Below are positions 7,786-15,123 of a DNA stretch of 24,000 nt, in pieces. A model generated the notes under the pieces. The model was not told the origin of the DNA and did no database searches. It was given only the letters and a program-made list of their open reading frames with translations. The position numbers and the translations under genes were made by a program. Source of the DNA: Pseudonocardiaceae bacterium YIM PH 21723 (lineage in GTDB: Bacteria; Actinomycetota; Actinomycetes; Mycobacteriales; Pseudonocardiaceae); the NCBI GenBank assembly GCA_003600225.1, contig QZFT01000034.1:191577-215576 (forward strand), in the 5' to 3' direction. The number at the start of each line of letters is the position of its first letter. Within the stretch, counting starts at the first letter, position 1.

Positions 7786-7806
7786 ACGTGGAGAACGATC
7801 GTTCTC
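7764..7806. promoter_or_regulatory. Two tandem TetR-type operator palindromes
   Basis: Site 2, gagaacgatcgttctc (7791-7806), is a perfect 16-bp palindrome. Site 1, gagaacggtcgttccc (7764-7779), is an imperfect copy 27 bp upstream. Both lie between the divergent TetR and DUF1348 genes. Confidence 0.65.
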
Positions 7807-7824
7807 AAACCCGGAGGAGATCCC

Positions 7825-8280
7825 GTGTCGCGTCCGCCCTTCCCCCCGTTCACCCCGGAGACCGCCGCACAGAAGGTGCAGGCCGCCGAGGACGCCTGGA
7901 ACACCCGCGACCCGGAACGCGTCTCGCTCGCGTACACCCCCGACTCGGTCTGGCGGAACCGCGACACCTTCGTCACCGGCCGCGCCGAGATCGTCGAGTT
8001 CCTGACCGCGAAGTGGCAGCGGGAACAGGACTACGCGCTGCGCAAGAGCCTGTGGGGTTTCCGGGAGAACCGGATCGGCGTGCGCTTCCAGTACGAGTGG
8101 CGCGACGCCGCCGGCCAGTGGTGGCGCAGCTACGGCAACGAGCTGTGGGAGTTCACCGCCGACGGCCTGATGTCCCGCCGCGAGGCGAGCATCAACGACC
8201 TGACGATCACCGAGGCCGAGCGGCGGATCTTCGGTCCACGCCCCGCCGAGGAGCAGGGCGTGGACATCCCGATCCGCTGA
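7825..8280 (+). CDS. DUF1348 / SnoaL-like (NTF2 fold) protein
   Basis: GTG 7825 lies 5 nt after GGAGGAG (7813-7819). The sequence [45 protein letters not shown]...GNELWEF matches my memory of the DUF1348 family. Confidence 0.8.
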   Translation: MSRPPFPPFTPETAAQKVQAAEDAWNTRDPERVSLAYTPDSVWRNRDTFVTGRAEIVEFLTAKWQREQDYALRKSLWGFRENRIGVRFQYEWRDAAGQWWRSYGNELWEFTADGLMSRREASINDLTITEAERRIFGPRPAEEQGVDIPIR

Positions 8281-8727
8281 CTACGCCAGCTCCACCGGCT
8301 TGCGCCCGAGGATGAGGTCCTCCAGGCCCTTGTCCAGGGCGCTCCACCGGGCCACCCAGTCGACGACCAGGTAGAGGCGACCCTGTTCGTCCATGCCGAG
8401 GAAGTAGTGGCCGTAGTTCAGCTCGCCGATCGGGTACAGGGTGACGCCGAGCTCCTCACCCCACTCCTGGAACCGCTCCTCCTCGCCGTCGAGCAGCACC
8501 GGATCGATCTTGAACGGCTCCCTGGCCCTTTCCAGGCCCGGGCCGGAGATGGTCACCGATAGCCCACCGAATTCGGCGAGGAAGCCCTCGACCACGGCAT
8601 TGGGCGCGAACCCGGAGGCCTGGAAGAACTCCCGCCACCGGGAGATGTCCACCCGGCGCTCCGGCGACCAGCCGGCGGCACGCAGGGCCTGCTCGGTATC
8701 ACTGGTGAATCTGCTGTGCTCAGACAT
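8281..8727 (-). CDS. SUKH-3-like immunity protein (148 aa)
   Basis: Internal ATG at 8727, in an 8-nt overlap (ATGTCTGA) with the toxin stop. LRAAGWSPERRVDISRW...FLAEFGGLSVTISGPG...PFKIDP...GEEERFQEWGEELG..LYPIGEL..G.YFLGMDEQGRLYLV matches the SUKH-3 pattern as I recall it. The track's 232-aa version is an N-terminal shadow extension over the toxin gene. Confidence 0.75.
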   Translation of the reverse strand: MSEHSRFTSDTEQALRAAGWSPERRVDISRWREFFQASGFAPNAVVEGFLAEFGGLSVTISGPGLERAREPFKIDPVLLDGEEERFQEWGEELGVTLYPIGELNYGHYFLGMDEQGRLYLVVDWVARWSALDKGLEDLILGRKPVELA

Positions 8728-9286
8728 TGGTGTGCGTGCCCTCCGGGATCCAGTTGAGGCCATAATGGCTGGATAGGACCGAGCAGCTGGCACAGGGTGG
8801 GGCATGGTTCCCGTGCCCGGGCTTGGCGGGGTCATTCTTGATCGACATGGCCGTTGCCGTCGCACCGTGTGGATTGTGCCCGCCATCCAAGGCTGTGCTG
8901 AGGACCTTGGGCATGCCGCACTTGCCGTGGCCGAGACTCCGCTGTGTCTCCGGAATACCGTCCAGCAGACCCTGGACATGCGGGTGCAACGGCGGCGGGT
9001 CGCCCCGGTGACTGAGGTCGACGATCGGGTTCTGCTGACCGCGGATGATGATGCCCTCGGAGATCGCCGGCCGGGCCTTGTTCGGCCGGATGGCAGAGGC
9101 CTGATCCGCGCGCGCCCTGACCCCGTCGAGTAGCCGCTGGTTAGCCGCCTGCTGGTCCCAGGACGGCTGCCGGGTCACCTGGCTGGGACCGCCCCGGTTC
9201 GGGCGCTTGCCGCCCCGGAGCTTTTTCCCGATGTTCTTGAACAGCCCGAGCGTCTTGCCGCCGAGGCCCTTGAACCTGTTAGCCAT
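8720..9286 (-). CDS. Polymorphic-toxin C-terminal module, deaminase-like (YwqJ-like, tentative)
   Basis: 188 aa. The N-terminal Gly/Lys/Arg-rich linker (MANRFKGLGGKTLGLFKNIGKKLRGGKRPNRGG) is followed by LHPHVQGLLDGIPE...GHGKCGMPKVL...APPCASCSVLSSHYGL. PCxxC plus an upstream His/Cys resembles zinc deaminase toxins. The gene sits directly upstream of, and overlaps, a SUKH-3-like gene. Confidence 0.6.
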   Translation of the reverse strand: MANRFKGLGGKTLGLFKNIGKKLRGGKRPNRGGPSQVTRQPSWDQQAANQRLLDGVRARADQASAIRPNKARPAISEGIIIRGQQNPIVDLSHRGDPPPLHPHVQGLLDGIPETQRSLGHGKCGMPKVLSTALDGGHNPHGATATAMSIKNDPAKPGHGNHAPPCASCSVLSSHYGLNWIPEGTHTNV

Positions 9287-9779
9287 TGAGCACCGAGTTC
9301 ATCGCCAGGTTCAGCGCCTGGTCGATCAGCAGCTTGGTGAGCGCCCGGAAGGCCGGGATCTCCAGCAGCGAGGCGCCGAAGGTGACGAACGCGGTCGCGA
9401 TGGCCTGGGCGATCTCCACGGCCAGCATCGCCAGCTGCACGATCACCGCGGTCTTCAACGCGATCACCACGCCGGCGCACACGTAGAGCCCGGTGCCCAC
9501 CAGGGTGGACGCGATCGAGCCGTCCTCCAGGTTCTGCTTCGGTGCCTCGCCGTGCGACCAGAAGGCCTTCAGCTTCTCCATCGCCTCGCCGGAGTTGCTG
9601 CTCAGCATCTGCTGGGTGTGCCCGTCGGTCTCCGAGGCGGTGTGCTCCAGTTTGCCGGCGAACCCCGACCACTGGCCACCGAGGTCGAACATCTTGCCCT
9701 CGTTGCTGAGCGGCCAGTTGAAGCCGAGGGTGTTGAGCAGTCCGGACAACTCGGACGGCAGCATGAGCCCGTTGCTCAC
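9279..9779 (-). CDS. T7SS-effector-type N-terminal (WXG100-like) delivery domain with two TM helices, encoded as a stand-alone protein
   Basis: GTG 9779 overlaps the upstream stop (GTGA), with GGAGG 7 nt upstream; ATG 9764 is an alternative start. The motif MLPSELSGLLNTLGFNWPLSNEGKMFDLGGQWSGFA resembles the N-termini of actinobacterial polymorphic toxins. Hydrophobic segments: STLVGTGLYVCAGVVIAL and VIVQLAMLAVEIAQAIATAFVTF. The TAA at 9279-9281 lies inside the next gene's start (ATGGCTAA). Confidence 0.65.
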   Translation of the reverse strand: MSNGLMLPSELSGLLNTLGFNWPLSNEGKMFDLGGQWSGFAGKLEHTASETDGHTQQMLSSNSGEAMEKLKAFWSHGEAPKQNLEDGSIASTLVGTGLYVCAGVVIALKTAVIVQLAMLAVEIAQAIATAFVTFGASLLEIPAFRALTKLLIDQALNLAMNSVLNG

Positions 9780-10099
9780 TCCAGGCCTCCGGACAGCGTG
9801 TGGAAGAAGGTCTTGTTCATCGACTCGGTCTCGGTGTAGGTGGCGGCCATCTGCTTGACGCCGTCGGCGATCTCGTTCAGCCCCTCGGCGTTGTCCTCGA
9901 AGCACTCGAACGCCGCCTCGGAGATCCCCTGGTAGATCATCCCCAGGATGGATCCGAGGTCGTCGTCGCCGAACGCGTCGGCGAGGGCCGCGGTCTGCGA
10001 GCGGAACGCGGCGATGTCCCCGGTCAGCGCCTGTCCGGCGGCCAGGAGTTTCTGCGCCGTCCCACCGATCATGTCGGGAAGGACGTGGAAATCGGGCAT
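9776..10099 (-). CDS. Small helical WXG100-sized protein (candidate T7SS substrate/partner), 107 aa
   Basis: ATG 10099 with GGGGGGAA 7 nt upstream. The protein looks all-helical, with a central turn AFGDDDLGSILG and no canonical W-x-G. It lies between a YbaB-like gene and the effector N-domain gene. Confidence 0.65.
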   Translation of the reverse strand: MPDFHVLPDMIGGTAQKLLAAGQALTGDIAAFRSQTAALADAFGDDDLGSILGMIYQGISEAAFECFEDNAEGLNEIADGVKQMAATYTETESMNKTFFHTLSGGLE

Positions 10100-10114
10100 G
10101 GTGGTTCCCCCCTG

Positions 10115-10831
10115 CTAATCCAGGTTGTGCATGATCGAGGTCATGCTGCTCGTGTAGGTCCGCAGGTGCTGCATGCTCTGTTCGCGGATAGCCCCGGCCC
10201 GCTCGCTCAGCTTCCGCAGGGCCTCCGGGTCGATCTCCGTGCCACCAGCCGCCTCGGCGCGCCGCTCCCAGGCGGTCAGCGCGGCGTTGACCGCCTGCGC
10301 CACCGCCCGGCCGACCTCACCGGGCGTCATCCGCTGAGCCGGTGCGCTCAGCGTCAGCTCGGTCAGCTCGCCGTCGGTCACCACGGCGATGACCTCGTCC
10401 GCCTCGTCCCGGCCTTCCCCGGTGACCGGCGCGGCGGGCCCGGCGAGCGCGTCCTGCATGGATCGGATCACCTGGAGCGCGTCGTCGAACAGGAAGTCGA
10501 CGTACTGCGGCGACGCGTCTCCCTGGATCCGGGCCTTGCCGGCCAGCTTCGCCATGGACTCCTCCACCGCGCCCTGGATCCGGCGGAAGGTCTCGCCGCT
10601 CTCCCGCGCGACGTCGGTCAGCTGGTCGCCGATCGCGGCGAGGTCCGGGCCGGGATCACCGGCCCGGGGCGACTCGGCGAGGGCCTGCGGCAGGACATCG
10701 TTGACGGCCGCCCGCAGTCGGCCTGACAGCTCACGACCGATATCCGGACCGAGGGTGATCGACGTGATCCGCCGATCGGACATCTTCACCCGGATGGTGC
10801 CCGCGACCTGCGGGTCTTCACGCTGAACCAC
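10115..10831 (-). CDS. Tandem YbaB/EbfC-like domain protein (238 aa)
   Basis: GTG 10831 with a GGGGGG run 4 nt upstream. Two YbaB-like modules are visible: GTIRVKMSDRRITSITLGPDIGRELSGRLRAAVNDVLPQAL and VIAVVTDGELTELTLSAPAQRMTPGEVGRAVAQAVNAAL. It is the first gene of the toxin operon. Confidence 0.65.
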   Translation of the reverse strand: MVQREDPQVAGTIRVKMSDRRITSITLGPDIGRELSGRLRAAVNDVLPQALAESPRAGDPGPDLAAIGDQLTDVARESGETFRRIQGAVEESMAKLAGKARIQGDASPQYVDFLFDDALQVIRSMQDALAGPAAPVTGEGRDEADEVIAVVTDGELTELTLSAPAQRMTPGEVGRAVAQAVNAALTAWERRAEAAGGTEIDPEALRKLSERAGAIREQSMQHLRTYTSSMTSIMHNLD

Positions 10832-11037
10832 ATTGCCCCCCGTGACAGACGATCACTTCGGATGCACCTTAGACCAACCGTTTGGTTGGGCCCCAGGTAC
10901 GTCCGTTGGTTGGCATCGATCACTCCGGGGTATCTCACCCGATAGGAGCGCATGACGGGCGTCACCTGCCTCCAGCCGTGAGGCTGGGCGTATCCCCGGT
11001 GTCCCTAGGGCTACCGGACGTCAGAAAGGACACCGAG

Positions 11038-11250
11038 ATGTCGACCAAGAGCAAGCTGCGCAAACAGGCGAAGGCCCAGGTGGACGACCTGACCGGCAAG
11101 GTCACCGACCTGGCCGAGCAGGTCCAGGAGAAGGTCACCGGCAAGCCGTCCAAGCGCACCCGCACCAAGCGCACCGCGCTGTCGGTGGTGGTACTGCTGG
11201 CCGTACTGGGCGCCCTGGCCACCGTGGTCGCCCGCCGCCAGTCCTCGTGA
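11038..11250 (+). CDS. Small tail-anchored membrane protein (70 aa)
   Basis: ATG 11038 with AAAGGA 8 nt upstream. The N-terminus is a charged helix (KLRKQAKAQVDDLTGKVTDLAEQVQEKV) and the C-terminus is a TM segment (ALSVVVLLAVLGALATVV). The stop overlaps the next start (GTGA, 11247-11250). Confidence 0.6.
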   Translation: MSTKSKLRKQAKAQVDDLTGKVTDLAEQVQEKVTGKPSKRTRTKRTALSVVVLLAVLGALATVVARRQSS

Positions 11251-12317
11251 CCGCACTCAGTCTCGGTATCGAAGAAGAGTTCCTGCTGGTGGATGACCGG
11301 GGCCTGCTCTCAGCGGCGGGCCCCGGCGTCTCCGAGGCCACCGAGGTCGAGGACGGCCAGATCGAGAAGGAACTCAACGCCGTCCAGGTCGAGGCCGCCA
11401 GTTCGGCGAGCACCGACCTGGGCGCGCTGGTCGCCGAACTGGGCGATCTGCGCACCGAACTGGCCACCCAGGCCGCGCGCCGCGACGCGCGGCTGCTGCC
11501 GTGCGGGGTCGCCCCGATGCGGCGGGACGGACCGGTCCCGCTGACCCCGAAGAAACGGCACCGGGAGATCGCCGAACACTTCCGCGCCCTGGTGCAGGAG
11601 GTGCTGACCGGTTCCTGCCACGTGCACATCGGCGTCGACCGGCCGGAGGACGGCCTGCGGATCAGCAACGCCGTGCGGCCCTGGCTGCCGGTGCTGCTCG
11701 CGCTGACCGCGAACTCGCCGCTGCACGACGGCGCGGACACCGGCTACGCCTGCTGGCGACGCACCATGTGGACCCGCTGGCCGTCGGCCGGCGCCCCACC
11801 GGTGTTCGAGTCGGTCGATCACTACGAGTCCCTGGTCGCCGGGCTGCTGGACAGCGGAGCGATCCTGGACCGGGGGCAGGTCTACTGGGACATCCGGCTG
11901 TCCGCGCACCAGCCGACGGTGGAATTCCGCAGCTCCGACGTGGCCGCCGACCCGCAGGTAGCCGGGACCTACGCGGCCCTGCTGCGTGGCCTGGCCGCGC
12001 AGGCCCTGGACGACGAGACCTTCCTGGTGGTGCCCACCGCGGTGCTCACCGGGCACCTGTGGCGAGCCGGCCGCGACGGCCTGGACGGCGACTGCCTGAA
12101 CCCGCTCACCGGCGAGGTGGAACCGGCCTGGCAGGTGCTCGACGCCCTGGTCGACCGGGTGGGCTCGCGGCTGGAGGCCACCGGCGACCACGACTTCGTG
12201 GAGTCGACCCTGGCCCGGATCCGGGAACACGGCAACGGCGCGCAGCGCCAACGCCTCGTCTATGGGGAACGCAAGCAGATCACGGACGTCATCGACGACC
12301 TGGTCTGGAAGCCCTGA
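11247..12317 (+). CDS. Carboxylate-amine ligase, glutamate-cysteine ligase family 2 (YbdK-like)
   Basis: 356 aa. The N-terminal LGIEEEFLLVD motif, the later CHVHIGV and the NSP...G pattern are typical of GCS2/YbdK. Confidence 0.85.
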   Translation: MTALSLGIEEEFLLVDDRGLLSAAGPGVSEATEVEDGQIEKELNAVQVEAASSASTDLGALVAELGDLRTELATQAARRDARLLPCGVAPMRRDGPVPLTPKKRHREIAEHFRALVQEVLTGSCHVHIGVDRPEDGLRISNAVRPWLPVLLALTANSPLHDGADTGYACWRRTMWTRWPSAGAPPVFESVDHYESLVAGLLDSGAILDRGQVYWDIRLSAHQPTVEFRSSDVAADPQVAGTYAALLRGLAAQALDDETFLVVPTAVLTGHLWRAGRDGLDGDCLNPLTGEVEPAWQVLDALVDRVGSRLEATGDHDFVESTLARIREHGNGAQRQRLVYGERKQITDVIDDLVWKP

Positions 12318-12362
12318 ACGTGGTTTTCAGGCCCATCGATGGGCCTGAAAACCACGTTCAGG
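12313..12362. terminator. 50-bp perfect palindrome between convergent genes (probable bidirectional terminator)
   Basis: cctgaacgtggttttcaggcccatc | gatgggcctgaaaaccacgttcagg is perfectly self-complementary about the atcgat centre. It overlaps the GCS2 stop (12315-12317) and ends 3 nt before the stop of the minus-strand FN3 gene (12366-12368). Confidence 0.7.
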
Positions 12363-12365
12363 CGG

Positions 12366-14933
12366 CTACAGCTTGGGGAGCTCGAACTGTGGGGACATGG
12401 GTCCCCAGCCAACGCCGTTCTTGGCCATCACCCAGAACTCGGCGCGGGCCTTGATGAACGCCTTGCCCAAGCGTTGCCGGTAGGCCGGATCGGTCGTCCG
12501 CGACTGGACCATCAGCCCGGTGTCCCCGAGGATGTTGTTCCGGGAGATCACCGCGTACCCGGTGATCGGCGCTCCCCCGTTGTCCGACGGCGGGTCCCAG
12601 GTGAAGACCAGCTCGTTGGGCCCGGAGTCGTACGTGGCCCGCTGATTCCGCGGCGGTGTGCCCGGCTTCAACGCCCCGATGTGCACCACACCGGTGGTGC
12701 TGCGCTCCGGGCAGCTCCCGGTGGCCGCCTGCCTGGCGATCACTGTGTCCTTCGCCGAGGTGTCCGGCAGCTCGCTGGGCGCCGTGTACTTACCGTCGGC
12801 GGTGATCGTGCCCCGCGCGCCGTCCCGCAGCGCCCAGCTGATCGGCCCGTCGCTGGCGCACCCGGACCGCTTCGTGGCCAGCTGCACGGTCTGCCGCACC
12901 TCGATCTCGGTGACCCCCGGCGTGATCTCCAGGCCGTCGAACGGTCCGCCGCTGTCCCACAGCGTCGCGGCGACCTCGCCCAGCGTGTAGGCGTAGTCCA
13001 CCTTGAACGCCGGCACCCGGAAGGTCAGGTCGGCGCGGATCCCCACGTCGATCTGCGCGAACGGCGTGCGGGACGTGTCGCCGGAGAGCCGGAGGAACGG
13101 GCTGAGCGTCAGACCCGGACCGGCCACGTCGTAGAGCAGGAAGGTGATGTTCGCCGGGAACTCCACCTGGATGGCGGCGTTCGCGGTGAAGTCGGCGGTG
13201 AAGCTCGCCGCCTGCGGCGCGGTGGTGTCGTTGCGCGCCGACCACTGGCCACCCTCGTAGGTGATCGTGCCGGCCACCTGCTGCTCGTACCGGCCCTCGA
13301 AGCTGATCTCCAGTGAGCCCTCCGCGTTCAGCTGCGCGGAGAGGGTCAGCACCGGGCAGATCACGATCGGCACCGGCCCGACGTAGAACGTCTGGCAGGT
13401 GTACTTGATCTCGGCCAGATCCTTGTTCGCCAGCGTCGACTGGATGTACGCTGCGAACTTCCCCTGGATGGAGGACTTCACCTCGGCGCCCGCGGTGAAC
13501 CGGAACGTCGAGTAGTTGACGATGCCGATGCTCAGGTACAGGTCCCAGATCGGCTTGACCGACAGCGAGCCGTGCAGATCGGTGTGCAGCCCGACCTGGG
13601 TGTTGTTGTCCTCATCCATCGGGAAGCTGACGTCCAGGCCCACGTCCCCGCTGATCGACGGGGCCGCCATCCGGATGCCCGGCTGCAAGGCCTGAAACCC
13701 GGCGACCTGCTTGGCCGACATGTCGTTGGACACCTGCGCCTCGGCCTTGGGCACGGCCTCCTCGACGGTGGCCATCTCGGTATCGAGGGTCACCCGGTTG
13801 CCGTCGTCCACCTTGACCGCGGTGACCTTGCGCAGCAGCCCGCCGGCGTTGAACCGGCTGCCCGGCTGCGCCTGGCCGACGACGATCTTGCCCGCGGTCA
13901 GGCCCTTGGCCTGGTCGGTGGCCGGATTGAAGACCACGTTGTCGGCATTGATGTAGGCGATGGTGTTCAGCGTGTCGGTGCTCAGCACCACGGTGTCCGG
14001 CCCCACCTGGACGATCGGCCGCACCCCGTGTTCCGACTGGGTCCCCCGGCCGGTCCCGGCGGCATTGGTGGCGGTCACCGCGATGACGTAGGGCTCGTCG
14101 GCGTTCAGCCCGGTGATCCGGGTGGCGGTGCCGCTGACCGCGATCGGGGTCCCGCTGCCGTAGTACACGTCGTAGCCGGTGATCGGGCTGCCGCCGTCGT
14201 CGTCCGGCGCCTGCCAGGACACGTCGAGGGCGGGCTCGCCGTACACCGGCAGCACCTTCAGCTCGGTCGGCTTCCCCGGCGCGTAGGGCGGGCTGGGCGT
14301 GGCCTTCCTGGTTCCGGCGGTACCGGAGCCCGCCTTGTTCGCGGCGGTCAGCGACACCTGGTACTCGGTGCCGTTGCTCAGCCCGCCGAGGGTCGCGGTC
14401 CGCGCGTCGGCGCCCAGGTTCTGTGCCTGGCCACCCGCGCTCAGCGTGTACCCGGTGAGGTCCGCGCCGTTGTCGTTCGGCGGGTCCCAGGTGACCACGA
14501 TCGACCCGTCCCGGCCCACCGCGGAGGTGATCACCGGGGCCACCGGGGGTGTCGCCTCGCGTGGCACGGTCGGCGAGGAGGGCTCGGAATCCGGGCTCAG
14601 CCGTTTGCTTCCGTCGGTCATGTACGCGGTGAAGGTGTACTTCGTGCCGTTGGTCAGCCCGGCGAACCGGACGGTGGTCTGCCCCCGGGTGTTCGCGCTG
14701 CGGGTCGCGCCGCCGGGCGAGGCGACCAGGACGATGGTGCTGGTGCCGTTGCCGATGATGTACGGCCCGAGTCCCGCCGAAGGGATGAAGGAGACGTCGG
14801 CGCCGCCGTCGCGGGGCAGCGCGCCGGTGACGATGGGTGCCAGGTTGGACGTCGCCAGCGCCGGTGGAGCGGTCAGTCCGATCGTCGCCAGGGCGATGAT
14901 CAGCGGAATGGACAGCCAACGGAGGTGCTTCAT
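12366..14933 (-). CDS. Secreted multi-domain protein: signal peptide, N-terminal FN3 repeats, unassigned beta-rich core, Big_2-like segment, C-terminal FN3
   Basis: ATG 14933 with AGGAGG upstream. Signal peptide: MKHLRWLSIPLIIALATIGLTAPPALA. FN3 hallmarks: WDPPNDNGADLTGY, WQAPDDDGGSPITGY, and C-terminal WDPPSDNGGAPITGY. About 330 central residues carry no motif I recognise. Confidence 0.85.
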   Translation of the reverse strand: MKHLRWLSIPLIIALATIGLTAPPALATSNLAPIVTGALPRDGGADVSFIPSAGLGPYIIGNGTSTIVLVASPGGATRSANTRGQTTVRFAGLTNGTKYTFTAYMTDGSKRLSPDSEPSSPTVPREATPPVAPVITSAVGRDGSIVVTWDPPNDNGADLTGYTLSAGGQAQNLGADARTATLGGLSNGTEYQVSLTAANKAGSGTAGTRKATPSPPYAPGKPTELKVLPVYGEPALDVSWQAPDDDGGSPITGYDVYYGSGTPIAVSGTATRITGLNADEPYVIAVTATNAAGTGRGTQSEHGVRPIVQVGPDTVVLSTDTLNTIAYINADNVVFNPATDQAKGLTAGKIVVGQAQPGSRFNAGGLLRKVTAVKVDDGNRVTLDTEMATVEEAVPKAEAQVSNDMSAKQVAGFQALQPGIRMAAPSISGDVGLDVSFPMDEDNNTQVGLHTDLHGSLSVKPIWDLYLSIGIVNYSTFRFTAGAEVKSSIQGKFAAYIQSTLANKDLAEIKYTCQTFYVGPVPIVICPVLTLSAQLNAEGSLEISFEGRYEQQVAGTITYEGGQWSARNDTTAPQAASFTADFTANAAIQVEFPANITFLLYDVAGPGLTLSPFLRLSGDTSRTPFAQIDVGIRADLTFRVPAFKVDYAYTLGEVAATLWDSGGPFDGLEITPGVTEIEVRQTVQLATKRSGCASDGPISWALRDGARGTITADGKYTAPSELPDTSAKDTVIARQAATGSCPERSTTGVVHIGALKPGTPPRNQRATYDSGPNELVFTWDPPSDNGGAPITGYAVISRNNILGDTGLMVQSRTTDPAYRQRLGKAFIKARAEFWVMAKNGVGWGPMSPQFELPKL

Positions 14934-15123
14934 GATCGGCCTCCTGCTACCACGGTGAACTCAGAGTGCTGAGTCCGATACGCAAAGTAGCGGCGTGGCC
15001 GATCAGCAGGCCATAGGACGATCGGGCGTTGTTGCGACGATCGGCGCAATTGCTATTACGCCTTGTGGGGTAGCGAAAAGTGGGTACCCGGTGATCAGGT
15101 AACGCATCGAAGGGAGCCGGAGA

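Noticed and set aside
9279-9301. Interpreting the split toxin as a simple frameshift pseudogene.
   Set aside because: The toxin frame has a stop 5 codons upstream of its ATG, and the junction mimics the coupled toxin/immunity overlap. Decay cannot be excluded, but it is not the most economical reading. It is retained as a finding to test, not called a pseudogene.
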